IMG/VR virus record: IMGVR_UViG_3300025849_000009 | Source of the DNA: a virus | Direction: 5' to 3' (one strand) | Length of the DNA: 64,000 nt | Translations under genes and position numbers: made by a program | Notes under the pieces: model-generated | The model's database searches: none | What the model was told of the DNA's origin: nothing | Seen by the model: only the letters and a program-made list of their open reading frames with translations | Part shown: positions 10,462 to 21,055 of the stretch, piece by piece | How the letters are laid out: every line of letters starts with the position of its first letter | Position numbering within the stretch: the stretch's first letter is position 1

Positions 10462-11748
10462 TTATTGTGGCATCTTTAAAAAGACTTTCATCGAATCAAC
10501 ATCAATTCTTGTAATCTGTACCGTAATAGGGTCGCCAGATTTAAAAACACTCATTACTTCTTCACTTAATTCACTAACATGTAGTAAACCAGTCACACCC
10601 TCTTCTATTGTGATAAATAATCCGTAATCCTTTTTAGTTTTAACGGTAGCTTCTATCACAGAAGGAATGTTATATCTAGAAGTAATATCTACCCATGGAT
10701 TAACAACTATATTTGCTTTTTGAGTTAATGTTATTTTAGTATTACTTATAATGTCTTTGACCATAAATGAAATTTCATCACCTGGCTTAATTTCTCTGGC
10801 CCTAAACTTAGTTAACGTGTCTTCGTCCAAATCATTATTATGAATCATACCAGTCAAACATTTATTAAATTCTACGAATACTCCATATTTTGCAGTACCT
10901 GTGACATTTCCAGTCACTGTTTCACCTTGTGTTTGTTTTAATTTTTCAATTTCTCCAGGTATTAAAGCTTGTAAATATTTTCTATGAGAAACTACTAACG
11001 TGCCTCTATCTGGTGAGAAACTAACAGGAACTACATACATTTCAGTTCCAATAATAGAACCAAAGTCATGTAGTTTATTAATTCCAGCTAAAGATCCTGG
11101 CATAAAACATTCTATACCTTGGACCATTACCATATAACCTCCATTTTCAATCATATTTGTAACTGTACCAACCCAAGCTGTGTTTCCTTCTTCAACTGCA
11201 GCTCTAAGATCCATAAACACTTTGTGTTTAACACCACCATTGATACTACCAACAACATGTGAGTTTTTACCCAACTGTGTAATTAGCACAGCTGTTTCAT
11301 CACCTGGTTTTAGCGATTGAATTTCGGCAGGTTCTTTATCATACTTAACGTAGATCAATTCTCTATAACCAATATCAATACTAATAAACTCAGAATTAAT
11401 GGCATAAATTTTACCTTCATGAATTTCTCCAGGATTAATTACAGTTAGTAATTGTCCTATGCTATTGTCATGTGCAGTAAGCATGTCATACATTTCTTGT
11501 GCATAAGTTTCTCTAGAGAATACTTTGTCACCGTTCTGTGTTTTGATATGTGGATTTGGTTTTCTTGTTCTTGACGGGCAAGTAGATTCATATGCATCCC
11601 ACATGAATTCCCCGTTCTCATCATAAAATGCTTGATTAGCATCTTCTTCTACTTCTTTGTTTTCGATTTTTACATCTAGTTCTTCAACTACGGTCTCTTT
11701 TGGTGTCTTTTCCCCAATTCTGATCCTTTTGTTTTTTTCGTTGTTCAT
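10462..11748 (-). CDS. rpsA: Ribosomal protein bS1-like, about 4 S1 domains
   Basis: S1 repeats 'GIECFMPGSL', 'LVVSHRKYL', 'KYGVFVEF...GMIHNNDL', 'DYGLFITIEEGVTGLLHVSEL'; N-terminal 'EFMWDAYES' resembles Bacteroidota bS1. Confidence 0.85.
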   Translation of the reverse strand: MNNEKNKRIRIGEKTPKETVVEELDVKIENKEVEEDANQAFYDENGEFMWDAYESTCPSRTRKPNPHIKTQNGDKVFSRETYAQEMYDMLTAHDNSIGQLLTVINPGEIHEGKIYAINSEFISIDIGYRELIYVKYDKEPAEIQSLKPGDETAVLITQLGKNSHVVGSINGGVKHKVFMDLRAAVEEGNTAWVGTVTNMIENGGYMVMVQGIECFMPGSLAGINKLHDFGSIIGTEMYVVPVSFSPDRGTLVVSHRKYLQALIPGEIEKLKQTQGETVTGNVTGTAKYGVFVEFNKCLTGMIHNNDLDEDTLTKFRAREIKPGDEISFMVKDIISNTKITLTQKANIVVNPWVDITSRYNIPSVIEATVKTKKDYGLFITIEEGVTGLLHVSELSEEVMSVFKSGDPITVQITRIDVDSMKVFLKMPQ

Positions 11749-11794
11749 TTATTTTTATATTAAAGGTGTAACATAATATATATCCTATTATTTT

Positions 11795-13594
11795 TTAGAA
11801 TACTACCGGTACAATTCCAACCATAGGCACGGGTCCAACAGGTGTGGGAATTCCACCAAGATATAATAATTTAAATTCTAATAAGTGTAACATATAGGCT
11901 GCAGCAACAGCAGTTGAAACTGCTAGTGCAGGTGGCATTGGAGCGGGAAGAATTGAAAACGTTTTTCCAGTGTTCCATGCCCTTCTTAAATTTTTAGCCA
12001 ATCTTTTTTTACCACCATAATAAATTGGAATATAGATCCCAGTGAGTGGTGGGGGAATCAACGCCGGTAAAGCTGATGGAGATGGTGTAAATGGTTTTAC
12101 TAAACACGCATACCAATATGCGATAGTTATTTCTGCCATTTCTTCATATGGATCACCACCTGGCCAAGTATAGTCTATATTACTATCTTCTTCTGCAGCA
12201 TCACATTCTTCTGCAGCAGTCTTAGCTTCTACCACTTGATGTCTTTGAAATTTAAATATAGTTCCACCTGTAGTTGGGTTTATGTCGATAACATCTTCAG
12301 GTGTTCTAGCACTACTCATTGCATTCGGAATTTTGCGCCAACCATTTTTTAATTCTTGTTCACCATATTTTGATTTAACCCAATTATTATTTTTAGTAAA
12401 TTTAGGAGCATTAATAACAACACCTTCTGCATTTGCACTAAATGATCCACTTCTTACCCCGGGATACCAGCTAAATGTTGCGATAACATGTGACGTTAAA
12501 ATTTTAGGTCTTTTACTATCAGTTTCATAATCATAAGCCACTTGAATTTTATATTCATTCAATGGACAATCTAATTCATATGGTAAAGTAATTGGTCCAG
12601 TTGGATCTTTTTTAATTCTCGTTCTTAATAATGTAGTATTAAAGAATGACCATGTATTTTCCTCTTCTGTTGGATGTACTTCATGGATAGCTTCAATACA
12701 AAGAGCACTAACATTGTCTACTAGTTGTTTCCAATCATAACCAGCATCTTCAATATCATTTCTAGCGTTAGTATTAACATTAGGATATGGCATACCTGAC
12801 CACCCTCCACCAAATCCACTTGAATTATTATAATTTTCTGAACCAAGACATGCTAACCAAATATAGAATTCCCATTTAGTATTCTTATTTGAAAGCCTTT
12901 CAAATTGTTGTAATAACCTAGACGCAAATATCTTTTCTATGTCATCTTGTGTTTCATTTCCAGTTAGGCATGGAAATTCAAAAAATCTAAACTTTTTTAA
13001 ATCCATAGTAGAATCATTCTTATATTCTTCTATAAATTTACTAAATTTTTTATCAAGTTTCTTTTGTTCCTCAACTGGATCTGGCTGTTCAACGGGATCT
13101 GGACAAAAATCAGCATAATCTGGATGTGACTCTTTGCCCATTTCGGTTAAATTACCATCATCGTCATATTGATCTTGCAATGGAATATCGCCTTCTTTTA
13201 ATAATCTTTCAAATACTAAACCGTATCCTTGTTTTAGTAAAAACTCAGCGGCTGGATTATTAGTATGTGTTGCACCGAAAGGTGTCATTGCTAAACCCTT
13301 TACGGCTTCTAAATATCTTTCAGCAACTCTTACGCCAAAATCATATCTCCCACTTAAAGGTGCCAGATTAATAGCGTTTACCATTGCAGTGGGATCTGTT
13401 GTTAATGACACGTTTAGTGGATTTCCAGGCTTAATAGATTTAACTAAATCTTGGGAAGGAGGGAAAATAGGAACTTGATTAACACCAACTTTTGGGAGAG
13501 CATATGAAACTATAGCACCACCTGGTTTTGTAAATTCTCGTCCAGCTATATCGCTTGCTAAGTTTGGTATAAATGTTGGCCAAAGTGCAGGCAT
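11795..13594 (-). CDS. Hypothetical protein, probably baseplate/spike associated; Pro-rich C-terminus
   Basis: 599-aa ORF directly downstream of the spike gene. Confidence 0.5.
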   Translation of the reverse strand: MPALWPTFIPNLASDIAGREFTKPGGAIVSYALPKVGVNQVPIFPPSQDLVKSIKPGNPLNVSLTTDPTAMVNAINLAPLSGRYDFGVRVAERYLEAVKGLAMTPFGATHTNNPAAEFLLKQGYGLVFERLLKEGDIPLQDQYDDDGNLTEMGKESHPDYADFCPDPVEQPDPVEEQKKLDKKFSKFIEEYKNDSTMDLKKFRFFEFPCLTGNETQDDIEKIFASRLLQQFERLSNKNTKWEFYIWLACLGSENYNNSSGFGGGWSGMPYPNVNTNARNDIEDAGYDWKQLVDNVSALCIEAIHEVHPTEEENTWSFFNTTLLRTRIKKDPTGPITLPYELDCPLNEYKIQVAYDYETDSKRPKILTSHVIATFSWYPGVRSGSFSANAEGVVINAPKFTKNNNWVKSKYGEQELKNGWRKIPNAMSSARTPEDVIDINPTTGGTIFKFQRHQVVEAKTAAEECDAAEEDSNIDYTWPGGDPYEEMAEITIAYWYACLVKPFTPSPSALPALIPPPLTGIYIPIYYGGKKRLAKNLRRAWNTGKTFSILPAPMPPALAVSTAVAAAYMLHLLEFKLLYLGGIPTPVGPVPMVGIVPVVF

Positions 13595-13596
13595 AA

Positions 13597-14313
13597 TTAT
13601 TTATTCTTTTGTTGATACTTAATATGTGAACTTGATAATTTACCAACCGTAGCTGGTGTCGGTGGCATTGGAGGTCCAGTAGGTCCAACTCCGGTTGGGT
13701 GTATATGTGCATTATAGTCATCTAACCATGTTTGTAACCAATCTTGTAAAGATTGACCCCTTACTGCTGGTTCTGTCTCATCTGCACCAGGTTCACCTTC
13801 ATTTGAAACAAATATATCACCACAATCTAAAAACATTTTTGCGTCTGTACTTATCTTAATAAAACCTTCCTCGTCGATTTGTATCATAGGTCTTTCTTTA
13901 GCGCCACTTCCTCGAGTAATAACTAAACCATCTTCGGGTGAATGATATATTCTAACATTTCTTTCCGCGTCATACACTAAACTAATTACATCGTGTGGTG
14001 CATCAGAAGCTTCTAAAACATCTGTCTTTAAATCAGTGTTTTGATCTATTTGAAACCAATACTCTGGATGATATATGTTACCATTATCAAATCTAACTGC
14101 AACAATATCTCCAACTCTCGGAACAGCATGTGCCCCAACCTGATCTCTATTCATAGGAGTTGCCCATGGAATAGCGTCATCCGTTAGTTTATCAAATTTA
14201 CCATAAACTTTTACACGACACCTACCATTAAGTAAAGGATCTTCGTTTACTACAACTTCTCCTAACCAATGAGTTTCTCTTAGATTATCTTCAACTAATT
14301 CTTTATTATTCAT
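13597..14313 (-). CDS. Baseplate central spike (gp5 N-terminal OB-fold / gpV-like)
   Basis: 'GEVVVNEDPLLNGRCRVKVYG...IPWA...VPRVGDIVAVRF' OB-fold signature; C-terminal HxH ('AHIHPTG') spike-tip motif; no lysozyme domain. Confidence 0.85.
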   Translation of the reverse strand: MNNKELVEDNLRETHWLGEVVVNEDPLLNGRCRVKVYGKFDKLTDDAIPWATPMNRDQVGAHAVPRVGDIVAVRFDNGNIYHPEYWFQIDQNTDLKTDVLEASDAPHDVISLVYDAERNVRIYHSPEDGLVITRGSGAKERPMIQIDEEGFIKISTDAKMFLDCGDIFVSNEGEPGADETEPAVRGQSLQDWLQTWLDDYNAHIHPTGVGPTGPPMPPTPATVGKLSSSHIKYQQKNK

Positions 14314-14315
14314 AC

Positions 14316-15743
14316 TTATGAATGTACGTTCTCGTTAATGTTATCATCTGGGCTACTATCAACACCTGGTTCATGAATTCTTCCAGGTGTAATGTTTTGA
14401 CTTTCTGGTTCTTGTGCAATAGGATCATACACCTTTTGATTAATTGGCAAATCAGGAGAACTATCAATTCCTGGATCGTATACACCGACAGGTGTAATAT
14501 TTCCATTATCTGGAATGTTAGTATTATTTTGATTTAATTGTCCAGCTAAATTTAAAATAGCGTTTACACTTCCAGCTTCTAGTGCACTATTAATATCACT
14601 TAAACTTCCTAAGAAGCCTGTACTCCCATGCACATTATCCAATAATAATCCCTTTACAGCATCCATACCTCTATTTGCTAAAGTAGCCGCGGCTCCCGTT
14701 AAACCCTCTGGATAAACTCTACCTAAAGGATTATTACCAAATCCTGGTAAACTATTTTTTAAATTATTAAATCTATTCACTAAACCACTTGCAAGTCCAT
14801 TAACTTTATCACTTATTGCATTTTGTGCAATTGCTAGCGGATTGAATGGTTGATTAGGATATAATCCATCATCTGGCTTTCCAGCTGGAAATAATGGACT
14901 TTGTTCCTCAGTAACTATATTTTCACCAAACTTAGAACCAGATATAAAACCAGTTTGCCATATAAAAGATACTTTTGGTTTTTTACGTTCTGGATTTTTA
15001 GATTGATCCGCAAACACCCCAGCAATTGTGTCTATTTCCCATTCACAGAAACCCAACTCAAACATAACATGTGGTTTTGCATCAGCGGTATATTGTTTAA
15101 CTAGTGGTGTGTCAAATGTGCCAGCATTTCTTCCGGCGGCTGTTTCATATCCTTTTGCTTTAGGTATAAGATTGACGGAAGAGCCTGATTCGTTTCCAGG
15201 CATTTCAGCACCATATAAATTTAAATCTCTCGCAACAGTATTTTGTTGAAATGTTCTAACTTCTGAAAGTACAGTCCAAACTCTGAAGTGTCTTAAGTTT
15301 TTTGGTAATATTTCTACATATCTTCTAAAATCATAACATGCGTTCTTATATAAAGTCATCAATGCGACTGCAGTTAACTCTACGTTTTCTTCTAGACATT
15401 CTATCTCTATCTTTGGTCGTTCTTGTCCTCTGTATGGCTCGTCCATTTTACCGTAAGTTTCTACTAACTCCAAGCCCGTAACACTTTGCCAAAACCATGG
15501 CATTTCTTTATTGATTTTAAAAAGCACCTTTCTAAAATTAGCTAATTTTTTGGCATACGTTGTACCCATATTAGCATCTACCATTTTTTCTAGATACTCT
15601 TCCGCTGGACCTGCTAACAAAGGAGAATGCTCTCTATCTACACCGTCAAACATGAAGAAAAAACTAAGATAAGTTGGATCTTCACTGATCTTACTTAAAA
15701 TAGAACCTTTTCTAAACTCGTTAATATGTTTAAAGTCTGACAT
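14316..15743 (-). CDS. Putative tail/baseplate structural protein
   Basis: 475-aa ORF between the hub-like and spike genes; preceded by GATAAATA. Confidence 0.5.
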   Translation of the reverse strand: MSDFKHINEFRKGSILSKISEDPTYLSFFFMFDGVDREHSPLLAGPAEEYLEKMVDANMGTTYAKKLANFRKVLFKINKEMPWFWQSVTGLELVETYGKMDEPYRGQERPKIEIECLEENVELTAVALMTLYKNACYDFRRYVEILPKNLRHFRVWTVLSEVRTFQQNTVARDLNLYGAEMPGNESGSSVNLIPKAKGYETAAGRNAGTFDTPLVKQYTADAKPHVMFELGFCEWEIDTIAGVFADQSKNPERKKPKVSFIWQTGFISGSKFGENIVTEEQSPLFPAGKPDDGLYPNQPFNPLAIAQNAISDKVNGLASGLVNRFNNLKNSLPGFGNNPLGRVYPEGLTGAAATLANRGMDAVKGLLLDNVHGSTGFLGSLSDINSALEAGSVNAILNLAGQLNQNNTNIPDNGNITPVGVYDPGIDSSPDLPINQKVYDPIAQEPESQNITPGRIHEPGVDSSPDDNINENVHS

Positions 15744-15756
15744 ATATTATTTATCT

Positions 15757-17649
15757 TTATTTTTTTTGCATATTTTGGACGCTAGGGTCTTGTCCCGATG
15801 GGTCTAAAAATGATTTAGCTTCATTTACAACTCCGCCTTCATCTAATATTGTACCTGTTCTAATTCTAGGATCACCACTGTATACTTCAGCTCCACTTGC
15901 ATCAAATACAACTATTCTTAAGAAATTACCTGTTATTAATATTTCATATTCTAATTCAACATCTGGAGTTGGTTCTGGAGTTGGTTCTGGAGTTGGTTCT
16001 GGAGTTGGTTCTGGAGTTGGTTCTGGAGTTGGTTCTGGAGTTGGTTCTGGTTCTGGTTCAGGACTATTTTCAGCCACATTATCTGCTTTTTCCTCGTCTG
16101 TTGCATCTTCAAGTCCAGGTGGATTAATTAGATTTTCTGTTCTTGTTGGCCACTCTCTTCTAAGAAGTGTCATTGTTTGTTTTGTGACATCTCCTTCTAC
16201 TTCATATATAATACTTTCAATTATATAATAACCTGATAAAAATGAATCTAAAGCTTGACTTGGGCTATTTTTACCAGCATCTGCTAAATCTTCGCTAGCC
16301 TCTTCTAATCCAAAAGGCTCATCTTTATCCATACCTAATTCTTTTTTATCACCTTTAATTCTTTCGTTTTGTTGAATAGCTTTAGGGTTAGTAATATACA
16401 TTAAAACAGGAATCTTTTGATACTTATATAAAGATGGATTAAATGAATTTAAAGTAACTTCTAATTTCATTTTTTGTGTTTCAGCCTCATTTTGTGCATT
16501 GTGCAGTTGTGAAAATGCAGCATTAGGATGTACGTTACCTAATCCATCATCACCAGCTTCTTGTCTTCCAATATATTTGTACTTAATTTGATCAACATGT
16601 CTTGTATCGTTTCTATTGCCCTTTAATGGCTCTTCTAATTCTTTTAAATCATTTCCACCTAAAGGCTCTATTCTAAATTCTTGTTTTTTCTCACCATCAT
16701 CACCGTTGTTATTATAAATAGTTACCTCTCTAGCGTATCCGTTTTTTGCACTAATATTTGCAGAACTATTTAATATGTTAGATTTTTCTATAAACGAACT
16801 ATTTCCCATAAACGCAATATGGTTTGTCAATAATAACGGCACTTCAATGTCGTTTCCTGTTTTGGCATTTTTTTCAGACTCAGTTGTAGATACCATTGAT
16901 TCGGCAGCTGAAGCCAATGATTCAGCAAATTCTTCTATTGGTGGATTAGGTGAATTAAATAATGCATTTACATCTACATAATTCATATAATAATATGGAT
17001 CTATCCAAAACTTTTGAAAAGATTCTTCACCCACATAACTTTCTTTAATTATCTTTTTTATAAAACTAAGGTATGGCTCAAATGCCATAATCCTAGATTG
17101 AACATCATCTGCTGCATCAATATTAGTTGCTAAACCTAATTCTAAGTCTCTAGCTACTTCTTCCAAATGAGTTAAAGAATCTGCACTTTCAAAATTTCTG
17201 CAATCTTCAGATTTTATTCTAGGAATTTTACAAACTCCAAACATTTCAAATGTAGCAGTTCCAACATTTCCATCTTTTGGAGATTCACAGGATACGATAT
17301 CGAAATCCATATGGATGGATTTAAATGTTTCTTGATTTTTAGAATTTATAAGTATTGTAAAGAAATCACCATCTCTTGGATAACTACCAACTGCAAACTT
17401 TCCAGCTTCGTCGCTTAATTCAATTTCACATTCTGGTAAATCACCTGATAAATTTAATTCAAAGCGCACAACATCGGTTGGCGCAAATTGATAACCATTA
17501 ATAAGTATAAACGGCTTAAGAGTTGCAACCATAGTAGATTGTTTGTACTCTGCTTCATCTTTTTTTTCTTCAGCAAGTGCATCCATCTTAATCTCAGTTG
17601 GCCTAATTGCTGGCTCTACAACCGCTAATATATTGTTAGATAATTCCAT
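15757..17649 (-). CDS. Putative baseplate hub (gp27-like) with PEPT linker and C-terminal appended domain
   Basis: 'FLSGYYIIESIIY' is typical of hub/late-control C-termini; gene context; (PEPT)n linker. Confidence 0.55.
   Translation of the reverse strand: MELSNNILAVVEPAIRPTEIKMDALAEEKKDEAEYKQSTMVATLKPFILINGYQFAPTDVVRFELNLSGDLPECEIELSDEAGKFAVGSYPRDGDFFTILINSKNQETFKSIHMDFDIVSCESPKDGNVGTATFEMFGVCKIPRIKSEDCRNFESADSLTHLEEVARDLELGLATNIDAADDVQSRIMAFEPYLSFIKKIIKESYVGEESFQKFWIDPYYYMNYVDVNALFNSPNPPIEEFAESLASAAESMVSTTESEKNAKTGNDIEVPLLLTNHIAFMGNSSFIEKSNILNSSANISAKNGYAREVTIYNNNGDDGEKKQEFRIEPLGGNDLKELEEPLKGNRNDTRHVDQIKYKYIGRQEAGDDGLGNVHPNAAFSQLHNAQNEAETQKMKLEVTLNSFNPSLYKYQKIPVLMYITNPKAIQQNERIKGDKKELGMDKDEPFGLEEASEDLADAGKNSPSQALDSFLSGYYIIESIIYEVEGDVTKQTMTLLRREWPTRTENLINPPGLEDATDEEKADNVAENSPEPEPEPTPEPTPEPTPEPTPEPTPEPTPEPTPDVELEYEILITGNFLRIVVFDASGAEVYSGDPRIRTGTILDEGGVVNEAKSFLDPSGQDPSVQNMQKK
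15962..16057. repeat. 12-bp tandem repeat (tctggagttggt x7) encoding a (PEPT)n linker
   Basis: Perfect tandem copies directly visible. Confidence 0.95.
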
Positions 17650-17657
17650 ATTGTATG

Positions 17658-18542
17658 TTATTTAGAGCAAGGTGCGTCTGGGTTATTTGTTGGATTATTG
17701 TCAGCATTTCCAGGTGCAGTTCCGTCTGGTTCATTTCCTCCTAAGTTATCAGCCGTATCTGTTTTACCACCATTTTCTCCACTTCCAGTTCCACTTCCAG
17801 TTCCACTTCCATTCCCTGCTCCACTTCCAGTTTGAACAACTCCACTATTACTTGATAAAAGATCTTCATATAAGCTTCCTGCTCCACCATTAAAACCTAC
17901 TCCTGCTCCTGATCCACTTCCACCTGTTAACTGTGAATTATCATTTCTATCTATTATAAGCTCAGCTACATTTGATTCTTCGTCTGAAGAATTATCAAAC
18001 TTATCCTGATTTCTAATATCAGATAATATAGAATCAACCACATCATCGGTTTGTGGTCCCATACCGAATCTAATATTAGAACCGTCGAACTCGTAATTTT
18101 TTCGACCAACTGGAATAACATTAGGTGGCAATAAGTTTTCTTTATTATATTTCTTTTTAAGTGCCTTTAATCTTCTTTGATCAGTTTTACTTAATCTCTT
18201 AGTTTTTATAAATTGATTTTTAATAGGATTGTCCTCGTACATTTGTGGTGATTCTAATCTAAAATAAGGAATAGTGTCCATAGGAATCCAAAGTTCTTCG
18301 CCTACATTAATAGAAAAAGGATCAGAGACTCCATTGAATTTTAATATAATGTCTAATCCCGAAGTGGTACCATAATGCTCGGTAGCAATTCTATCAGGTC
18401 TTACTAAATCATCATCCTTAACAATGTGTTTAGCAACCATTACATAATCTTCGGGATTTAAACTTCCGAACAACATAGTAGGTTGAGCTAAAAATAATTT
18501 ACCGTCTCCTACTTTTTTATTTACAAATATTTTAAACTCCAT
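17658..18542 (-). CDS. Baseplate wedge gp53-like (LysM-like) with Gly/Ser-rich tail
   Basis: 'RPDRIATEHYG...DIILKFNGVSDPF' is the gp53 signature. Confidence 0.75.
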   Translation of the reverse strand: MEFKIFVNKKVGDGKLFLAQPTMLFGSLNPEDYVMVAKHIVKDDDLVRPDRIATEHYGTTSGLDIILKFNGVSDPFSINVGEELWIPMDTIPYFRLESPQMYEDNPIKNQFIKTKRLSKTDQRRLKALKKKYNKENLLPPNVIPVGRKNYEFDGSNIRFGMGPQTDDVVDSILSDIRNQDKFDNSSDEESNVAELIIDRNDNSQLTGGSGSGAGVGFNGGAGSLYEDLLSSNSGVVQTGSGAGNGSGTGSGTGSGENGGKTDTADNLGGNEPDGTAPGNADNNPTNNPDAPCSK

Positions 18543-18556
18543 TTTAATAGTTTATT

Positions 18557-20401
18557 TTAACCAGCAGCCATATCAGATATTCTACTCATATATGGTTTAT
18601 TAGCAAGATTTCCTTTACCAGATTTATCTCCATATGCATCTACATTTAACATAGCGTTTATGTCTATTCCTTCGCCTTCACCCCATTCTGGTTGTAAATA
18701 CATTCTACCTCGACCAGCATTAAACATAGATTCAATATCTGTTTTATCTCTTGGTCTTCCAGGTTTTAGACTAACTTCAACTTTCATTTTAGTAGGAAAT
18801 CCCTCAAAACCAAGTGGTCCTTCAAATGAAAAATTAGTATCTTCTAAACATAAGTTTCCACATACCATTATAGGATTCATTGGATTACCTATAGTCACGT
18901 GCCAGTTCCCAGTTGGATCACCCGTTAAGAATGCTTTAATTACATCACCACCACTAGGTCCTCCCATCAATTTCATTAAACCTCCACCTACAATATTTTC
19001 AAGAATAGAAGAATCACCTAGGATTTTATTAATACCCTCTCCATTAGCAACGTTAGATGCTGTTTTCTTTAATTGATCCATGAAGTTTCCACCCATACCT
19101 GCAAGCGTGTCAGCAATAGAGCCTAAATAACCTGCATAATCACCTTTCTCTAATAAAGCTGTATTACCGAATGGCTTACCAGTATTTCCGGTTCCTGAGA
19201 ATCTAGTAGCTCCTCCCCAAAAGGGTGCGTTACTATATGTAAGTGCCAATACATTGGCTAATGTATCCATAAACGCTACTTTTGGACTAGTACCTGGATA
19301 TGCCTTTAAGTCATAATGAAAAGATAATTTAAATTCTTGTTCAAATTTAAGCCCCTTTTCTCTAGCTAAAACTTTATCTATAATATTAAGAGGTCCAAAC
19401 ACTTTGTTTGGATATGTTTCTTTAGTATGATCTACGTTACCTGCGTTTCTAAGTTTTTTGGCTTGAACCGATGTAAAACCATTTAAACCAGATTCAATTG
19501 CTGCACCATATTTACTATTATCAATCATACTTCCAGCCGCACCTCTATCAGCTTGTCTTGATTGTGCATCTTGTATTTCTGATTTAGCTTCTTTCCATTG
19601 ATATCCAGTTGTAAATTTTAATATTTCTTTTAAATCATTACCTAAACCTGGAGATAACCACGTTACAGCTCTTGCCAAATCAGGTGCAGAAGAATCTACC
19701 TTTTTAGCTTTAGTTCCTGCAGTTTTAGGACTTAATAAGTCATCACCCACAGGATATGCAAATCTCCTAAGTGTAACCAAATAATCATTAGATATTTGGC
19801 CGTAATGCTCCATTTGAATAAAATCACTATAACTGTAAGAGAAGCATGCACCACCAACAGATTGCGAGTACTCTACTATATTTCGTGCCGTTGGATTTTT
19901 TTGTAAGTTTTCGGCTAATGCCGCAGTTACTGGTTTATTATATGTTTTTCCATTATATTCTGTACCGGAATCTTCTGAAACTGTACCAGCCCTGTTTTGA
20001 TATCTATGTAATGTCCAATTATTAAATAAACTTCGAGGTGCTTTTCCAAAAGTAACGGTTTCACCTTTGTCTTCATATGTGTCTCCTTTTTCACCGCTCA
20101 CTACGGATTTTATAGGATACGCTCTAGAATCTACGCCCTTTTCAGGATACATTGAACTTGTACCCTGTGCTTCACCGAAAACACTTTCTTGATTTAATGT
20201 TGTTTTACCTGTTCCCTTCTGATCTGCCGCTGATGGTTTAGGAGAATCAAGAGCACCAGATTTTGGTGTTCTAGTTACAACTTCTCTTCCATTTACAGTG
20301 TCATCATAAAAATATTCAGTTACTTCTAAACCTGTAGTTTTATCAACAACATTTAAAACCTTCTTAAAAATAAAATTTGCATCGTTACCAATTCCAGACA
20401 T
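18557..20401 (-). CDS. Putative baseplate/tail-tube initiator-like structural protein
   Basis: 614 aa, upstream of the gp53-like gene; C-terminal 'FPTKMKVEVSLKP' resembles tube-initiator ends. Confidence 0.45.
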   Translation of the reverse strand: MSGIGNDANFIFKKVLNVVDKTTGLEVTEYFYDDTVNGREVVTRTPKSGALDSPKPSAADQKGTGKTTLNQESVFGEAQGTSSMYPEKGVDSRAYPIKSVVSGEKGDTYEDKGETVTFGKAPRSLFNNWTLHRYQNRAGTVSEDSGTEYNGKTYNKPVTAALAENLQKNPTARNIVEYSQSVGGACFSYSYSDFIQMEHYGQISNDYLVTLRRFAYPVGDDLLSPKTAGTKAKKVDSSAPDLARAVTWLSPGLGNDLKEILKFTTGYQWKEAKSEIQDAQSRQADRGAAGSMIDNSKYGAAIESGLNGFTSVQAKKLRNAGNVDHTKETYPNKVFGPLNIIDKVLAREKGLKFEQEFKLSFHYDLKAYPGTSPKVAFMDTLANVLALTYSNAPFWGGATRFSGTGNTGKPFGNTALLEKGDYAGYLGSIADTLAGMGGNFMDQLKKTASNVANGEGINKILGDSSILENIVGGGLMKLMGGPSGGDVIKAFLTGDPTGNWHVTIGNPMNPIMVCGNLCLEDTNFSFEGPLGFEGFPTKMKVEVSLKPGRPRDKTDIESMFNAGRGRMYLQPEWGEGEGIDINAMLNVDAYGDKSGKGNLANKPYMSRISDMAAG

Positions 20402-20455
20402 AAATATGAATTTCTTTTTTTATATATATCTACTTATTGTAGTAGGATAATATAT

Positions 20456-21055
20456 TTATACCCATTCAACGTTGTCCATCTCATCGGTATCAGGTCTATA
20501 TAGTAGATTATCAGACCATTTGTCATCTTTAGGATATTTATCTCCTAGAAATTTTTGTAAAGATTTTACGTATTCACCCTTTGTGTGCCAGTAAAATTCA
20601 CCATTTCTATATGAAGATCTATTTACTAGCTCATACAACTCTTTCAGTTTCATCTCAACATGGAAGGTTTGTATTCTATTAAAAAGATTTTCTTGTTCAA
20701 CCCGAGTTCTCGTACAGAATACAGAGTCAACCACAATCATATATTGTTTCCATTTAGCACCATTGAATATGTTATTCTCAATATCTGCAACTGTAGAATA
20801 TAATCCTCTTTTTAAATTTATTTTAGTGTCCTTTCCCTCAAAGTTTTTAATAAATCGCCCACCAAAAAGATTCTTTTTTAAGAAATATACTGGATCATAG
20901 AACTTTTTAATTCTAAGTTGATATTGAGGGTTTACGTCATCAAACTTTACATCATAAATTGTAGCCCTAACAGGAATTAATAAGTTAGGTTGTTGTGTAG
21001 TAGAAATAAGGGCATGAATTTGATCACCCTTAGAAAAAAGTTTGTGTTTAATCAT
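20456..21055 (-). CDS. Hypothetical protein
   Basis: 199-aa ORF in an overlapping operon. Confidence 0.6.
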   Translation of the reverse strand: MIKHKLFSKGDQIHALISTTQQPNLLIPVRATIYDVKFDDVNPQYQLRIKKFYDPVYFLKKNLFGGRFIKNFEGKDTKINLKRGLYSTVADIENNIFNGAKWKQYMIVVDSVFCTRTRVEQENLFNRIQTFHVEMKLKELYELVNRSSYRNGEFYWHTKGEYVKSLQKFLGDKYPKDDKWSDNLLYRPDTDEMDNVEWV

